From NCBI RefSeq assembly GCF_028368995.1, contig NZ_JAQNDL010000001.1, positions 4,064,001 through 4,128,000 of the forward strand: 64,000 bases of DNA. Direction: 5' to 3'. How positions within the stretch are numbered: position 1 is the first letter of the stretch; each line of letters opens with the position of its first letter. Made by a program: the position numbers and the translations under genes. The DNA is from Nannocystis bainbridge. Its GTDB lineage: Bacteria; Myxococcota_A; Polyangia; Nannocystales; Nannocystaceae. This document shows, in pieces, positions 1 through 11,201 of the stretch. Below the pieces are notes generated by a model that saw only the letters and a program-made list of their open reading frames with translations, was not told where the DNA came from and did not search any database.

Positions 1-644
1 CAACAATTATCCCAAAGCGAATGGGTCAGCTGATTCGCATCCGTCCACGGGTCGGGATACGTCGGATATTCTGCCAAAGCACTGTCGGGCTGAAGATTTG
101 CGCACTTCCACGGGGACTGCATGCTACAAATGTATTTCGCTCGGCCGTCTTCCGGTCCTGTCGTGCTCGTCGGCTCGTCCGTGGTCGAGCCCGTGGTCGT
201 GGTCGTTCCGCCCGTAGTAGGGTCCGTGGCGGACGCGGAAGACTGACCGCTCCCGGCCGAGCCCATGGAGTAGCAGGCGTTGTCATTTTCAGACTGTGGC
301 GGAAAGTCCTTCGACTGCTGATGGCCGCCAGCACCGAGACAACTCCCTTCCTGCCAATCACTCTGGCCTGCAAACCCGTCTGGGTTCGAAAACTTTGCGA
401 TATCGGAAGATTCTTGGGAGGTGAACACGTTCCAAGCGCAGAACTCCTGGAGATCTGGGAAACTGTTCTTGCAAAAATCCTGGTTTTTGTAGCAAAAGGT
501 AGCCGTCTTCAACTCTGGGCCGCCAGGTGTCTCTTCCTTCCACTCACATGTGAGGATCGTATAGTCCTTTGGCGCCCCACACCCCATGATAGCGAAGGCA
601 CCCACGAAAAGCGCAATCTTGCACGAAGTAGCGTTGTGTGTCAT
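1..644 (-). CDS. Cys-containing lipoprotein with Thr-rich linker (partial, runs off window start)
   Basis: Not in the ORF track; read manually from ATG at 644: MTHNATSCKIALFVGAFAIMGC (lipobox-like)...SATDPTTGGTTTTTGSTTDEPTSTTGPE...; open to position 1; visibly lower GC. Confidence 0.75.
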   Translation of the reverse strand, partial: MTHNATSCKIALFVGAFAIMGCGAPKDYTILTCEWKEETPGGPELKTATFCYKNQDFCKNSFPDLQEFCAWNVFTSQESSDIAKFSNPDGFAGQSDWQEGSCLGAGGHQQSKDFPPQSENDNACYSMGSAGSGQSSASATDPTTGGTTTTTGSTTDEPTSTTGPEDGRAKYICSMQSPWKCANLQPDSALAEYPTYPDPWTDANQLTHSLWDNC

Positions 645-786
645 GCAGTCCTCACGGTCAGTCTAACATGGGGGCTGGCGCTCCACTCGCCCGCCTTCAC
701 GTGCGAAACATCCGTGAGATGGTTTTAACGACAGTGTTTTCGTGACTCGATCTCCTCAGAAATAGGTGATATACCATGGAAACTCC

Positions 787-1854
787 ATGATGCGGATTTG
801 CTCGTTCATCGCGTTGATCGCCATCGCCCCGATGGCGTGTCTGCCGAACTACGAACAATCTCAGGGAGAGCGCGTGCTCTACGAGCATAGCGAGGGGCTT
901 TACCCTTGCGCGGGCACCGCTCACTACGTAGACCGAGTCGTCCCATTCCTTGAGAAGCAGTTGGCGTTCCGTGCCCCCGAACGGCTAAGGTTCTCGTGGA
1001 TCGCGGCGAGCGATTCATGGATGCCGCTCGGGGTGCCGACCCTCGCCAGGGCTGTGGGCGACCATGCATGGGCGACCGATCCGATTCATATTCACGAGCT
1101 CACCCATGTCATCACCGGAGGGATGCCCGCGATGTTCTTCTCCGAGGGGATTGCCACGGCCGTAGATCTGCTCGATGATGACGTCGGACCGCGGTATGTA
1201 TGGTCCGACTCCGCCCTCGCCGAACCGGCATGGGACCCGCGGACGACGATGACGGCCACGAATCCCAGCGACGTGAACTATGAGACCGCTGCTGTGTTCG
1301 TCACATTTCTCATCGTCCGCTACGGCCCCGAGCGCTTTCATGAATTCTATCGCAGCCTCGGGGGGCCAGTGACGATGCCGTGGCTCCAAAGGCAGTTTCG
1401 GCGCGCATACGGGCTCGAGCTTGCCGACGAAATTGCGACCTTCCGCGAGAGGATTCCGCCGTGCGAGGCGGACGCCCACCCCTTGAATGTACACGAGTGC
1501 TCCGGGCCGAGCATTGACTGGAGCTCTGAAAAGTTGTGGGAGCACGAGGTGTCGATGGCCTGTGACGCTCCGGGCGTCGTCGGAGGAATCGGCCCGGACT
1601 GGGTGTGGCCGAGTTTTTATGCGGTCACGCTCGAGGTCCCGGAACGAGGATACTACACCCTCTGGCTCGATAACACCGAGGTCACGGCGCGCTTCGGTCC
1701 GTGCTTCGGCTGCCCCTGGGAGCCGCACGACGTCTTCCTCGCGCGCGAGACTTCGGAGCGCACGATGGTCCTTGAACCGGGGACCTACTATTTGCGGGTC
1801 AACTCGCAGTCGGATGAATCGCCGGCCGTGACGGTGCGATTGCAGCGGCAGTAA
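787..1854 (+). CDS. Putative lipoprotein zinc metallopeptidase (gluzincin-like)
   Basis: Signal with PMAC lipobox; HELTH (HExxH) followed by downstream EGIA third-ligand-like motif. Confidence 0.6.
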   Translation: MMRICSFIALIAIAPMACLPNYEQSQGERVLYEHSEGLYPCAGTAHYVDRVVPFLEKQLAFRAPERLRFSWIAASDSWMPLGVPTLARAVGDHAWATDPIHIHELTHVITGGMPAMFFSEGIATAVDLLDDDVGPRYVWSDSALAEPAWDPRTTMTATNPSDVNYETAAVFVTFLIVRYGPERFHEFYRSLGGPVTMPWLQRQFRRAYGLELADEIATFRERIPPCEADAHPLNVHECSGPSIDWSSEKLWEHEVSMACDAPGVVGGIGPDWVWPSFYAVTLEVPERGYYTLWLDNTEVTARFGPCFGCPWEPHDVFLARETSERTMVLEPGTYYLRVNSQSDESPAVTVRLQRQ

Positions 1855-1937
1855 ACCGCCGGCACGTCTCGTCTGCAACCGTCCGATCCGGCCGGCGCGG
1901 GCCATATCATGGTTCGCTACGATTTCACGAGCTGTCG

Positions 1938-3779
1938 TCAGCGCGGCGAGGACAGCTGGAAGCGGTAGTCCTCGGCCGCCTCGTCGATCGCTCGCAGGTA
2001 GTTCTCGGGGTCGAGCTCCGCCTTGAGCTCGTCCGACAGCGGGAAGATCATCGGCGAAGGCTCGTACGAACATGGCCTTCCGGACGGGTCGACCACGCGG
2101 CCCTCGTGCAGCGCGCGCGCGGCCTCGGCCAGGCTCGCGCCGGGCATCGCCTCGCGGACCGCACGCATGCGCGCGCCGGCGCGGGGGTCGACGAAGCGCA
2201 GCCGCTTCTGCCACTGGACCGCCAGGTGGTACTGCGACGGCGTCACCACCAGGCCGGCCAGGCCGACCCGCTCGCAGGCGATGATCAACAGCGCGACGGT
2301 CTCCTCGAACAGGCCGAGGCCGGGGTGGCGCTGGCCGGGCAGCGCGGGCCTGTCCGCGGAGAAGTGCTCGCGCGGGTTCTGCAGCAGCAGCCAGTCGATC
2401 GCCAGCAGCTCGAAGCCGGGCACGGTGCGACGGTCGCGGCGCACGACCAGCTCGAACAGCAGCTCCTTGTGCTCGGCGTCGCCGAAGATCTTGAGGATGT
2501 GCCGCTGCGGATCGACGAGGTTGAACTCGAGCGACGGCTGAAAGCCCTTGCCGCGCAGGCGGCCGAGGAAGCCGTGGCGCTCGAGCGCCAATTCGAGGCC
2601 CTGGCGCGAGTAGTAGCCCAAAAACCGCGGCTCGCGGGCGGTCGCGGCCAGGCTCGGCACCAGGTCCTCGAGCGTGAGCCCGAGGTCGTCGCCCTCGCCC
2701 GTCAGCTCGGCCGGCTTGAGCAGCGCCGCGTAGTGACGGGCGCGCATCAGCGTCAGCTCGTCGTTGTCGGGCGGCTCGAACCCGCGGTGGCCGCTCTGCA
2801 GCCACGCGAAGCTGCGCGCGCTGTGCTGCCAGGTGCTCGGCCCGTAGCCGCCGGCGAGGCAGACCACCACCGCGGCGTCGGGCGCGAACGCGCGGATCGC
2901 CTCGAACACGGCGATGTCGCGGCCCAGCATGCCCTCGGCGCTGATCTGCCACACGCCGATCTTGTCGCCGGCGGCCGGGTCGGTGCCGGCGAGGAAGTAG
3001 ATGAGCCGCGGCCGGTGCTGCCGCAGGGCCTCGGTCAGGTGCAGCTGCACCGTCTCGAGGTAGAGCGTGTCGCCGACGACGTCGCCGAGCGCGACGCTGG
3101 TCGACGCGACCGCCTCGGTGGCGCCCCAGTGTTGGTTGTGGATCGACAGCGTGAACACGCTGGGGTCGTCGGCGAACAGCGAGCGCGTGCCGTCGCCGTC
3201 GTGCTGGTCGAGGTCGACGACGAGGATGCGCTCGTGGAAGCCGAGCGCGCGCTGCTCGGCGATCGCCACCGCGACGTCGTGGAACACGCAGAAGCCACGC
3301 CCGCGCCCGCGCTGGGCGTGGTGGAACCCGCCGCCGAGGTTGACGGCGATCTTGCCGGTGCCGAGCGCGATGTCGGTGGCGAGCATGGTGCCGCCGGTCA
3401 TGGCCCGCTGCAGGTCGAGGATCCGCGCCGTGTCGACCTCGCTGACCTCGAGCCCGCCGAGGATGTCGACCATGACCTCGGGGCGCTGACAGGCGTCGAG
3501 GTAGGCGTCGTCGTGGACCCGCCGGATCGCGTGGTACGTGGCCAGCGACGGCCGCCGCACCTGCTCGAAGGTGACGAGGCCCTCGGCCGCCAGCGCGGTG
3601 AGGATCCGTTCGCCGCGCACCTCGTCGACCTCGGAGCCCGGCCACGAACACTCGTAATGCGGGCCGTAGACGAACGTGGCCGGGGGCGGGCGCAGGCGCG
3701 CGAACATCTGATTGGCGCGGCGCCGCAAATGACGAAAGATCTTCTCGCCGGTCGTCATCGCCGGGCGGATGGTTGGCAT
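1938..3779 (-). CDS. Histone deacetylase-family amidohydrolase fused to a C-terminal domain of unknown function
   Basis: GGGFHHA, GFC, DLDQHDGDG, GTDP and GGY motifs; about 270 extra aa at C-terminus; start 3779 or 3758. Confidence 0.85.
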   Translation of the reverse strand: MPTIRPAMTTGEKIFRHLRRRANQMFARLRPPPATFVYGPHYECSWPGSEVDEVRGERILTALAAEGLVTFEQVRRPSLATYHAIRRVHDDAYLDACQRPEVMVDILGGLEVSEVDTARILDLQRAMTGGTMLATDIALGTGKIAVNLGGGFHHAQRGRGRGFCVFHDVAVAIAEQRALGFHERILVVDLDQHDGDGTRSLFADDPSVFTLSIHNQHWGATEAVASTSVALGDVVGDTLYLETVQLHLTEALRQHRPRLIYFLAGTDPAAGDKIGVWQISAEGMLGRDIAVFEAIRAFAPDAAVVVCLAGGYGPSTWQHSARSFAWLQSGHRGFEPPDNDELTLMRARHYAALLKPAELTGEGDDLGLTLEDLVPSLAATAREPRFLGYYSRQGLELALERHGFLGRLRGKGFQPSLEFNLVDPQRHILKIFGDAEHKELLFELVVRRDRRTVPGFELLAIDWLLLQNPREHFSADRPALPGQRHPGLGLFEETVALLIIACERVGLAGLVVTPSQYHLAVQWQKRLRFVDPRAGARMRAVREAMPGASLAEAARALHEGRVVDPSGRPCSYEPSPMIFPLSDELKAELDPENYLRAIDEAAEDYRFQLSSPR

Positions 3780-3830
3780 GTAACCAGTGGTTTGGCAACG
3801 CTCGCCCGGCCCGCTACGCTGCTCGCTGCG

Positions 3831-4514
3831 ATGCACGTCTCGCTTCAACGGCTCGTCGCCGGCGCCCTGCTCGGGCTCCACTGGACTTTTGGGACAGGTT
3901 GTGCTGCGCCGCGCGAGGCGACCATCGTGCGCGAGCTGCCGCCCGTCGACTGGCTGGCCGCTCGCATGGACGAGCTGGCGCGCGTCGACCTGCTGCGCAA
4001 CGCACCGCCGCTGGCCCAGGCCCGGCTGGGGTCCCTCGACAGCGAGCTGCGGGTGTGGATCCGGACCCCGGCGCGGCGCGCTCTGGTCGAGCTGCGCAGC
4101 GGCGCCGACGGTGTCACCGGCGAGATGTGGGTGTTCTGGTCGGCGCCGTCGCAAGCGGAGGACGACGGCATCTACGCCGAGTACCGCGACTGGATCGCGT
4201 GCGGCGACCGGCGCACCGGCCACGGCCTCGGGATGTGCCGGCCGCAGCCGCGTGAGCCGGTCGACTGGGCGCTGGTGGCGGCCAAGCTGCAACCGGCGTG
4301 GAAGCTGCCCGATCAGGCGAAGTTCGCGCCTCCGGGCGAGTTCGACGGGCAGCTGATGATCATCGAGCGACGCGAGGGCCGCACCGGCGAGGTCGTGCAC
4401 TGGGACATCGCCTGGCCGATCGCGGCGGGCCCCGGGCGCAAGGAGTCGGCGATGGCCGAGGAGGTCTGGGAGGCGCTGTGGGACACGATATCCCTGGCGG
4501 AGCGGCCCGAGTGA
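3831..4514 (+). CDS. Hypothetical lipoprotein
   Basis: MHVSLQRLVAGALLGLHWTFGTGC signal/lipobox-like; GC-rich third-position codon usage. Confidence 0.6.
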   Translation: MHVSLQRLVAGALLGLHWTFGTGCAAPREATIVRELPPVDWLAARMDELARVDLLRNAPPLAQARLGSLDSELRVWIRTPARRALVELRSGADGVTGEMWVFWSAPSQAEDDGIYAEYRDWIACGDRRTGHGLGMCRPQPREPVDWALVAAKLQPAWKLPDQAKFAPPGEFDGQLMIIERREGRTGEVVHWDIAWPIAAGPGRKESAMAEEVWEALWDTISLAERPE

Positions 4515-4547
4515 GCGGCGCGGCGGTGACGTGGTAAGGAGACCGCG

Positions 4548-7500
4548 ATGCGCGAGGAGTCGTGGGAGTTCTGGATCGATCGCGGCGGGACGTTCACCGA
4601 CTGCGTCGGCCGGGCGCCCGGGACCGGCCGGCTGCGCGCTATCAAGGTGCTGTCGACCGACGACGCGCCGCTGCGGGCGATCCGCGGGCTGCTCGGCCTC
4701 GGCGACCACGAGCCTATCCCGCGGTGCCAAATCCGCCTCGGCACCACCGTCGCCACCAACGCCCTGCTCGAGCGCAAGGGCGCGCCCACGGCCCTGCTCA
4801 TCACCCGCGGCTTCGCCGACCTGCTCGAGATCGGCGACCAGGCCCGACCGGAGTTGTTCGCGCTGGCGATCCACAAGCCGCCGCCGCTGGCCGCGACGAC
4901 CTGCGAGGTCGACGCGCGGCGGGCCGCCGACGGTGCAGTGATTGTGTCCCCCGAGACAGGTGCTTTGGAGCATGTCCTGAGGGACATCCATGATCGCGGC
5001 GTCCGCAGCGCGGCGGTCGCGGTGATCCACGATCACCGCGACGGCGGGCTCGAGCGGATCGTCGGGGCGGCGGCGCGGGCAGCCGGGTTCGAGGAGGTGG
5101 TGCTGTCGCACGAGGTCGCGCCGGCGCAGGGGCTGCTGGCGCGGGCCGAGACCGCGGTGGTCGACGCTTACCTGACGCCGCTGCTGCGGGCCTACGTGCG
5201 CGGGCTGCAGGCGCGCCTGGGCCCGGCGGCGGCGCTGCAGCTGATGCAGTCGAGCGGCGACCTGTGCGCGGCGGAGCGGTTCCGCGGGCGCGACGCGGTG
5301 CTGTCGGGACCGGCCGGCGGAGCAGTGGCGTGCGCGGCGATCGCTGCGCGGCTGGGGCTGTCGCAGGTGATCGGGTTCGACATGGGCGGGACTTCGACCG
5401 ACGTGGTCCGCTGGGGCGGCGAGCTCGAGCGCAGCTACGAGACGCGGGTCGCCGGGGTCCGCCTGCGCACGCCGATGCTGGCGGTCCACACGATCGCGGC
5501 CGGCGGCGGCTCGGTCTGCAGGTACCGCGATCGCAAGCTGGCCGTCGGGCCCGACAGCGCCGGCGCCGACCCGGGGCCGCTGTGCTACGGGCGAGCGAGC
5601 GCGCAGGCGTTGACGCTGACCGACGTCGACCTCGCGCTCGGCCGCCTGCACCCGGCCCGCTTCCCGTTCGCGCTCGACCGCGAGCGCGCGTTCGCGGGGC
5701 TCGAGGCGCTGGCGGCGGAGGTGAACGCCGGCGGGGCCGCGATGTCGCCGCTGCAGGTCGCCGAGGGGCTGCGGCAGATCGCCGACGAGCGCATGGCGGC
5801 GGCGATCCGCGACGTCACGGTGCGGCGCGGCCACGACGTCCGCAAGCACGCGCTGGTGGTGTTCGGCGGGGCCGGGGGTCAGCACGCGTGCGCGGTGGCG
5901 CGGGCGCTGCAGATCCGCACGCTGGTGTTCCATCCGCTCGCGGGGGTGCTGTCGGCCTTCGGCATCGGCGCGGCCCGGCCCGGCTGGCACGGTCAGGCGG
6001 ACGTCGGCGGGCTCGAGCTCGCGGAGTCCCTGGAACTTTCGGACATGTTCCAAAGGCTAGAGGACGAGGGCCGGGCGGCGCTGGCGGCCGAGGGCGCGCG
6101 CGAGGTCTCGGCGGTGCGGCGGGTCGACCTGCGCTACCGCGGGACCCATGTGGCGCTGACGGTCGCGTGGGGTTTGGGTCTGCGCGCGGCGTTCGAGCAG
6201 GCCCACGCGCGCGAGTTCGGCTACGCCCGGCCGGACCACCCGATCGAGGTGGTCAGCGCGCGGGTCGAGCTGCGGGTCGACGACGAGGCGGTCGGCGGTC
6301 ACCTGCCTGAAGAGACAGATGATTCCGACGTACCTGACCGTTCGGACATGTGGGTCGCGGGCGAGTGGCAGCGGGTGCCGACGCTGCGGCGCGAGGCGAT
6401 CGCGGCCGGGCAGGTGATCGTGGGGCCGGCGCTGATCCTCGACGCGACGGCGACGATCGTGCTCGAGCCCGGCTTCGTCGCCGAGCTGGCGGCCGACGGC
6501 TGCCTGGTCGCGCGCGACCTCACCGGCGTCGAGGTCGTCGCCGCCGGCAGCATCGACCCCGTCAGCCTCGAGATCATGGGTGCGCGGATCTCCGGCATCG
6601 CTCGCCACATGGGCGTCGTGCTGCAGCGGACCGCGCTGTCGACCAACATCCGCGAGCGGCTCGATTTCTCGTGCGCGGTGTTCGACGCCGGAGGCGGCCT
6701 GGTGGCCAACGCGCCGCACATCCCGGTCCACCTCGGGGCGATGAGCGAGTCGATCCGCGGGGTGCTGGCGGCCCACCCGGCGCCGCGGCAGGGCGACGTG
6801 TTCGTCACCAACGACCCCGCGGCCGGTGGTTCGCACTTGCCCGACATCACCGTGATCGCGCCGGTGCACGACGACGCGGGGGCGCTGTGCGGGTTCGTGG
6901 CCAACCGCGGGCACCACGCCGACGTCGGCGGCATCACGCCCGGGTCGATGCCGCCCGACGCGCGCACGCTGGCCGAGGAGGGCGTGGTGTTCCGCGCGTT
7001 CCCTGCGGTGCGCGGCGGGCGGTTCGACCGCGCGGGGGTGCTGGCGATCCTGTCCGAAGGGCCATGGCCGGCGCGGCGGCCGGAGGAGAACCTGGCCGAC
7101 CTCGAGGCGCAGATCGCCGCCAACCAGGCGGGCGCGCGGCTGCTGCGGGAGCTGGCGACGAGCATCGGCCCGGAGGCGCTGGCGAGCCACCTGCGGGCGA
7201 TCCAGGACGACGCGGCGGCCTGCGTCGGCGAGCTGGTCGCGCGCATGCCGGCGGGCCCGCGCACGTTCGTCGACGCGCTCGACGACGGCACGGCGATCGC
7301 GGTGACGCTGACGCGCCACGGGTCGCGGCTCGCGGTCGACTTCACCGGCACGGGGCCGCAGTCGGCGAGCAACGCCAATGCGCCGCGCGCGGTCACGGTG
7401 TCGGCGCTGCTGTACGTGCTGCGCGTGCTGGCGGGGCGACCGATCCCGCTGGCGTCGGGCTGCCTGCGCGCGGTCGACCTGGCGCTGCCGGCGGGCACGA

Positions 7501-8078
7501 TCCTGTCCCCGGGGCCAGGTGCGGCGGTGGCCTCGGGCAACGTCGAGACGGCGCAGCGCGTGGTCGATGTGCTGCTCGGCGCGCTGGGGGCCGCGGCCGC
7601 CAGCCAGGGGACGATGAACAACCTGAGCTTCGGCGACGCGAGCTTCGGTTACTATGAGACGATCGGCGGCGGCAGCGGCGCGATCGCGGGCGAGGCCGGC
7701 GCGTCCGGGGTGCACACGCACATGACGAACACGCGGATCACCGACCCGGAGGTGCTCGAGGCGCGATTTCCGGTGCGCGTGCATCGGTTCGCGCTGCGCC
7801 GCGGTTCGGGGGGGATCGGGCGCTGGCGCGGGGGCGACGGGCTCGTGCGCGAACTCGAATTCCTGCGCGGGGGGATCGAAGTCTCGATCGTGGCGGAGCG
7901 CCGCGGGCGAGCGCCGTTCGGGCTGGCAGGCGGCGCTGCGGGGGCGTGCGGGCGCAATCTGCTGGACGGGGCGGAGCTGCCTGGACGCGCGCGGACCACG
8001 GTGCAGGCCGGCCAGCGGCTCACGATCGAGACGCCCGGGGGCGGTGGGCACGGCGAACCGGGCTCCGGCGCGGGCTGA
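4548..8078 (+). CDS. oplA: 5-oxoprolinase (fused hydantoinase A/B-oxoprolinase)
   Basis: [62 protein letters not shown] motifs. Confidence 0.92.
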   Translation: MREESWEFWIDRGGTFTDCVGRAPGTGRLRAIKVLSTDDAPLRAIRGLLGLGDHEPIPRCQIRLGTTVATNALLERKGAPTALLITRGFADLLEIGDQARPELFALAIHKPPPLAATTCEVDARRAADGAVIVSPETGALEHVLRDIHDRGVRSAAVAVIHDHRDGGLERIVGAAARAAGFEEVVLSHEVAPAQGLLARAETAVVDAYLTPLLRAYVRGLQARLGPAAALQLMQSSGDLCAAERFRGRDAVLSGPAGGAVACAAIAARLGLSQVIGFDMGGTSTDVVRWGGELERSYETRVAGVRLRTPMLAVHTIAAGGGSVCRYRDRKLAVGPDSAGADPGPLCYGRASAQALTLTDVDLALGRLHPARFPFALDRERAFAGLEALAAEVNAGGAAMSPLQVAEGLRQIADERMAAAIRDVTVRRGHDVRKHALVVFGGAGGQHACAVARALQIRTLVFHPLAGVLSAFGIGAARPGWHGQADVGGLELAESLELSDMFQRLEDEGRAALAAEGAREVSAVRRVDLRYRGTHVALTVAWGLGLRAAFEQAHAREFGYARPDHPIEVVSARVELRVDDEAVGGHLPEETDDSDVPDRSDMWVAGEWQRVPTLRREAIAAGQVIVGPALILDATATIVLEPGFVAELAADGCLVARDLTGVEVVAAGSIDPVSLEIMGARISGIARHMGVVLQRTALSTNIRERLDFSCAVFDAGGGLVANAPHIPVHLGAMSESIRGVLAAHPAPRQGDVFVTNDPAAGGSHLPDITVIAPVHDDAGALCGFVANRGHHADVGGITPGSMPPDARTLAEEGVVFRAFPAVRGGRFDRAGVLAILSEGPWPARRPEENLADLEAQIAANQAGARLLRELATSIGPEALASHLRAIQDDAAACVGELVARMPAGPRTFVDALDDGTAIAVTLTRHGSRLAVDFTGTGPQSASNANAPRAVTVSALLYVLRVLAGRPIPLASGCLRAVDLALPAGTILSPGPGAAVASGNVETAQRVVDVLLGALGAAAASQGTMNNLSFGDASFGYYETIGGGSGAIAGEAGASGVHTHMTNTRITDPEVLEARFPVRVHRFALRRGSGGIGRWRGGDGLVRELEFLRGGIEVSIVAERRGRAPFGLAGGAAGACGRNLLDGAELPGRARTTVQAGQRLTIETPGGGGHGEPGSGAG

Positions 8079-8120
8079 GGGGTTTTGCAGGGCCGGGGGG
8101 CTTGGGCTACCTTGCGGCCG

Positions 8121-8987
8121 ATGCTCGAAGCACTGATCCCGTACATCAAGCCGCCCGAGAAGCTGATCGCCGATCTTCCCGTCATCGGGCCGCTCAAGCT
8201 GCAGGTGTTCGGGCCGCTGGTCGCGCTGGGCGTCATCCTCGGGTACCACCGCTGCCTGGCGTTCGCGAAGAAGCGCGACATGGACGAGTTCATCGCCCGC
8301 GACCTGATGTTCTACATCCTGATCACGGGCTTCGTCATCTCGCACTGGGTCTCGGTGCTGTTCTACTTCCCCGAGGACGTGGCGCGGAACCCCGCGGTGC
8401 TGCTGATGATCTGGAACGGCCTGTCGAGCGTCGGCGGGTTCTTCGGCGCGCTGGTCGGGTTCTTCTGGTACCTGCGCAAGATGAAGCAGCCGTACCTGCT
8501 CTGGTGCGACATGCTGGTGTTCGGCCTGCTGGTCGGCTTCACCCTCGGCCGCCTCGGCTGCTCGCTGGTCCACGACCACCCGGGCGCGATCGTCGACCCG
8601 TCGCACTTCCTCGCGGTCGGCCCGTGGCCCGGCGGCGAGTACCGCTTCGACAACGGCCTGCTCGAGTTCATGTACCTGGTGCCGATCGTGCTGTTCGTGC
8701 ACTTCGTGTTCAACTGGGGCAAGTCGGCACCGGGCCGCATCTCCGGCCTCACGGCCCTGCTCTACGCGCCGTTCCGGTTCGCGCTCGACTTCATGCGCGA
8801 GAAGGACAAGCTGTACCTGGGCCTGACCACGGCTCACTACGCGACGATGATCATCTTCGCCGCCGGCGTGTACCTGGTGTTCATCCGCAAGCCGAAGCCC
8901 GACGACTACGCCTACGCCAAGGACAGCGAGCGCATCGCCCGCGAGCGCGCCGAGGCCGAGGCCAAGCAAGCGGCCGCCGCGACCTGA
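8121..8987 (+). CDS. lgt: Prolipoprotein diacylglyceryl transferase family protein
   Basis: Multi-TM; [25 protein letters not shown] motifs. Confidence 0.8.
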   Translation: MLEALIPYIKPPEKLIADLPVIGPLKLQVFGPLVALGVILGYHRCLAFAKKRDMDEFIARDLMFYILITGFVISHWVSVLFYFPEDVARNPAVLLMIWNGLSSVGGFFGALVGFFWYLRKMKQPYLLWCDMLVFGLLVGFTLGRLGCSLVHDHPGAIVDPSHFLAVGPWPGGEYRFDNGLLEFMYLVPIVLFVHFVFNWGKSAPGRISGLTALLYAPFRFALDFMREKDKLYLGLTTAHYATMIIFAAGVYLVFIRKPKPDDYAYAKDSERIARERAEAEAKQAAAAT

Positions 8988-9039
8988 GCGGCGATCCGGC
9001 CGCCCCCGGATTCCGCTCGATACGGGCGGCTGATCGAAG

Positions 9040-9091
9040 GGACATGCCCCATGGGGCATGTCCCTTCGCGCATGTCCCGGAGAGCATGCTC
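9040..9091. repeat. 14-bp-phased CATG palindrome array (4 units)
   Basis: CATG cores at 9043, 9057, 9071, 9085; GGGACATGCCCCATGGGGCATGTCCC is a perfect palindrome; between convergent genes. Confidence 0.85.
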
Positions 9092-9105
9092 CGGAGGCCA
9101 GCGCC

Positions 9106-10305
9106 TCAGCGCGGGCTCCAGCGCGGCAACCAGTCGACGCCCTTGCGGTCGGTGAGGCGGACGACGCCGGAGCCGTCGGGGCGCATCAGGTAGAGCTCGG
9201 GGTCGCCGTCGCGGTCGGAGGCGAACACCAGCAGCTTGCCGTCGGGCGAGAAGACCGGCTCACGGTTGGAGCTGGTGCCGGCGGTCAGCGGGACGATCGC
9301 CCCGGTCGCCAGGTCGGCCCGGCGCAGCGCGGCCTGCTGCGAGCCGGTGCGAGTGCTGAACACCAGGCCGCCGCCGTCGGGCGTGAAGGTCGGCTCGGCC
9401 TCGGCCGGCTCGAACTCCTTGCGGTCGCCCGGCGCGTCGGCGGTCAGCCGCCGCAGATCGGTGCCGTCGGGCTTGACCAGGAAGATCCGCTCGGCGCTCT
9501 CGCGGTTGCTGAGGAACGCCAGGAGCCCGCCGTCCCGCGACCACACCGGGCCCCAGTCGTCGAGCTGGAAGTGGGTCACGCGCTGCGGCTCGCGGCCGTC
9601 GGCGTGCATGACATAGATCTCGGCGTTGCCGTCGCGGCTCGAGACAAAGGCGATCCGGCGCCCGTCGGGCGACCAGGCGGGCTCGTAGTTGCCGGCGGGG
9701 TGGTCGGTCAGGCGGTTCAGCTTGGGCGCGGCGCGGTCGGCGAGGTCGACGGCGTAGATGTCGCGGAAGCTCGAGAAGGCGGCCTCGAAGGCGAGCTTGC
9801 GCCCGTCGGGCGACCACGCCGGGCTGCGCACCTGGGGGGCGGTCTCGCTGCGCCACAGCGGCTCGCCGAGCTCGCCGGCGGCCCCGAGCGGCCGGACCTC
9901 GATGCGCTCGAAGTGGCCGCCCTCGTGCTCGTCGACGGTGATGATCGCCATCAGCTCGCCGCTCGGCGAGATCGGGCCGGGCAGCACCGACGGCGGCCCC
10001 TCGCCGCCTGTCCCCTGGAGCATGGTCTTTGCGCCCTGTCCCGAAGGCAAGATGACATCGATCGCGGCCCCGCCCTCGCGCTCGGCGAGGAAGAAGATCC
10101 GCCCGGGCGCGGCGGCCCGCTCGTCGGCGCCGAGCGCCGGCCCCTCGGGGATGGCCGGCGCGGGCGGGAGCGGCTGGGTAGGCGCCTCGGCGGTCGCAGG
10201 CGCGGTCGCAGCGGGCTGGGCAGGGCTCTGGGCGCCGGAGCCACAGGCGGCGAGGAGGAGGCCGCCGAGGGCGACGGAGGAGGAGATCGTGGAGCGTCGG
10301 TGCAT
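9106..10305 (-). CDS. TolB-like PD40 beta-propeller lipoprotein
   Basis: LAAC lipobox; repeated PAWSPDG..IAF.S.RDG..EIY.M units. Confidence 0.85.
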   Translation of the reverse strand: MHRRSTISSSVALGGLLLAACGSGAQSPAQPAATAPATAEAPTQPLPPAPAIPEGPALGADERAAAPGRIFFLAEREGGAAIDVILPSGQGAKTMLQGTGGEGPPSVLPGPISPSGELMAIITVDEHEGGHFERIEVRPLGAAGELGEPLWRSETAPQVRSPAWSPDGRKLAFEAAFSSFRDIYAVDLADRAAPKLNRLTDHPAGNYEPAWSPDGRRIAFVSSRDGNAEIYVMHADGREPQRVTHFQLDDWGPVWSRDGGLLAFLSNRESAERIFLVKPDGTDLRRLTADAPGDRKEFEPAEAEPTFTPDGGGLVFSTRTGSQQAALRRADLATGAIVPLTAGTSSNREPVFSPDGKLLVFASDRDGDPELYLMRPDGSGVVRLTDRKGVDWLPRWSPR

Positions 10306-10471
10306 CGCGCGGGGCCGTTCGTGGCGAGGACTGCGACGATGGCTCATAGCGCAGGTCCACGGGCGCGGGCAACCCGAGCGGGCCCGAGAACGAGGTTCGC
10401 GGCGGCGCAATGCGTCGCGGCGGGAGCGCGCGGCGGGCGATGGCCGCGGGCCGACCTCTGCGATCGCGGCG

Positions 10472-10945
10472 TCACCAGCCGATCGCGCGCAGGGCCGCGA
10501 ACACCAGCCAGCCGATCAGGACGGCGATGCCGACGGGGATCAGCACGGCGGCGACCACGGCGGCGACCACGAGCCGGCGATCGACGGCGCGCCGCTGCGC
10601 GGGCTCGGCGAGGTGGCCCTCGAGCAAGGCGAGGTTGCGCTGGTTGGCCTTGAAGCCGAAATCGAACATGTCCCCGAGGACAGGCACGGAGCCGACCAGG
10701 GCGTCGACGAGCACGTTGCCGGTCATGCGCGCGAGGGTGGCCGGCGAGGCGCCGAGGCCGGCCGCGCGCACGACGATCCAGCCCGACAGCACGGAGGAGA
10801 GGGTGTCGCCGAGGCCAGGCGCGAGGCCGAGGAGGGGGTCGAGGCCGACGCGCCAGTCGGTGCCGGGGATCCGCACGGCGTTGTCGAGCAAGGCGGCGAT
10901 CTGGCGCACGTCGTCAGGAGCGCGCAGCTGCGGGTCGCGGGGCAT
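10472..10945 (-). CDS. DUF4112-like membrane protein
   Basis: LLDNAVRIPGT..RVGLDPLLGLAPGLGD, VGSVPVLGDMFD.GFKAN.RN pattern. Confidence 0.8.
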   Translation of the reverse strand: MPRDPQLRAPDDVRQIAALLDNAVRIPGTDWRVGLDPLLGLAPGLGDTLSSVLSGWIVVRAAGLGASPATLARMTGNVLVDALVGSVPVLGDMFDFGFKANQRNLALLEGHLAEPAQRRAVDRRLVVAAVVAAVLIPVGIAVLIGWLVFAALRAIGW

Positions 10946-11201
10946 GCGAGGACGATGCTTCGAAACGGGCGACCCGGCAACATGGGGCGTTCGCGGCGCG
11001 GACGGAGCGGCTGTCTCTCGGGACATGTCGGCCGGCGACCGCGACGAGGGCCGCGGCGTGCCGGCCCCGCGACGGTCTCGGCGACGCTGTGCGGCCCCAC
11101 AGCCGCTCGAAGGCGCGAGCGGGCCTCCTTCTGCCCGCCCGCGCCCGGTTCATGCCTGCCCGCCTCGCGCGCGGCACCAGCGCGCGGCGAGGCCGGCGAG
11201 C

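Noticed and set aside
21-728. Plus-strand 235-aa ORF
   Set aside because: Overlaps a more convincing minus-strand lipoprotein ORF (644 to <1)
1015-6053. Very long alternative ORFs (e.g. 1015..3798, 2106..4514, the 5' part of 1938..6053, 10410..13691, 27118..30963)
   Set aside because: Antisense or off-frame shadows of real genes, expected at this GC content; Arg/Ala/Pro-rich with no motifs
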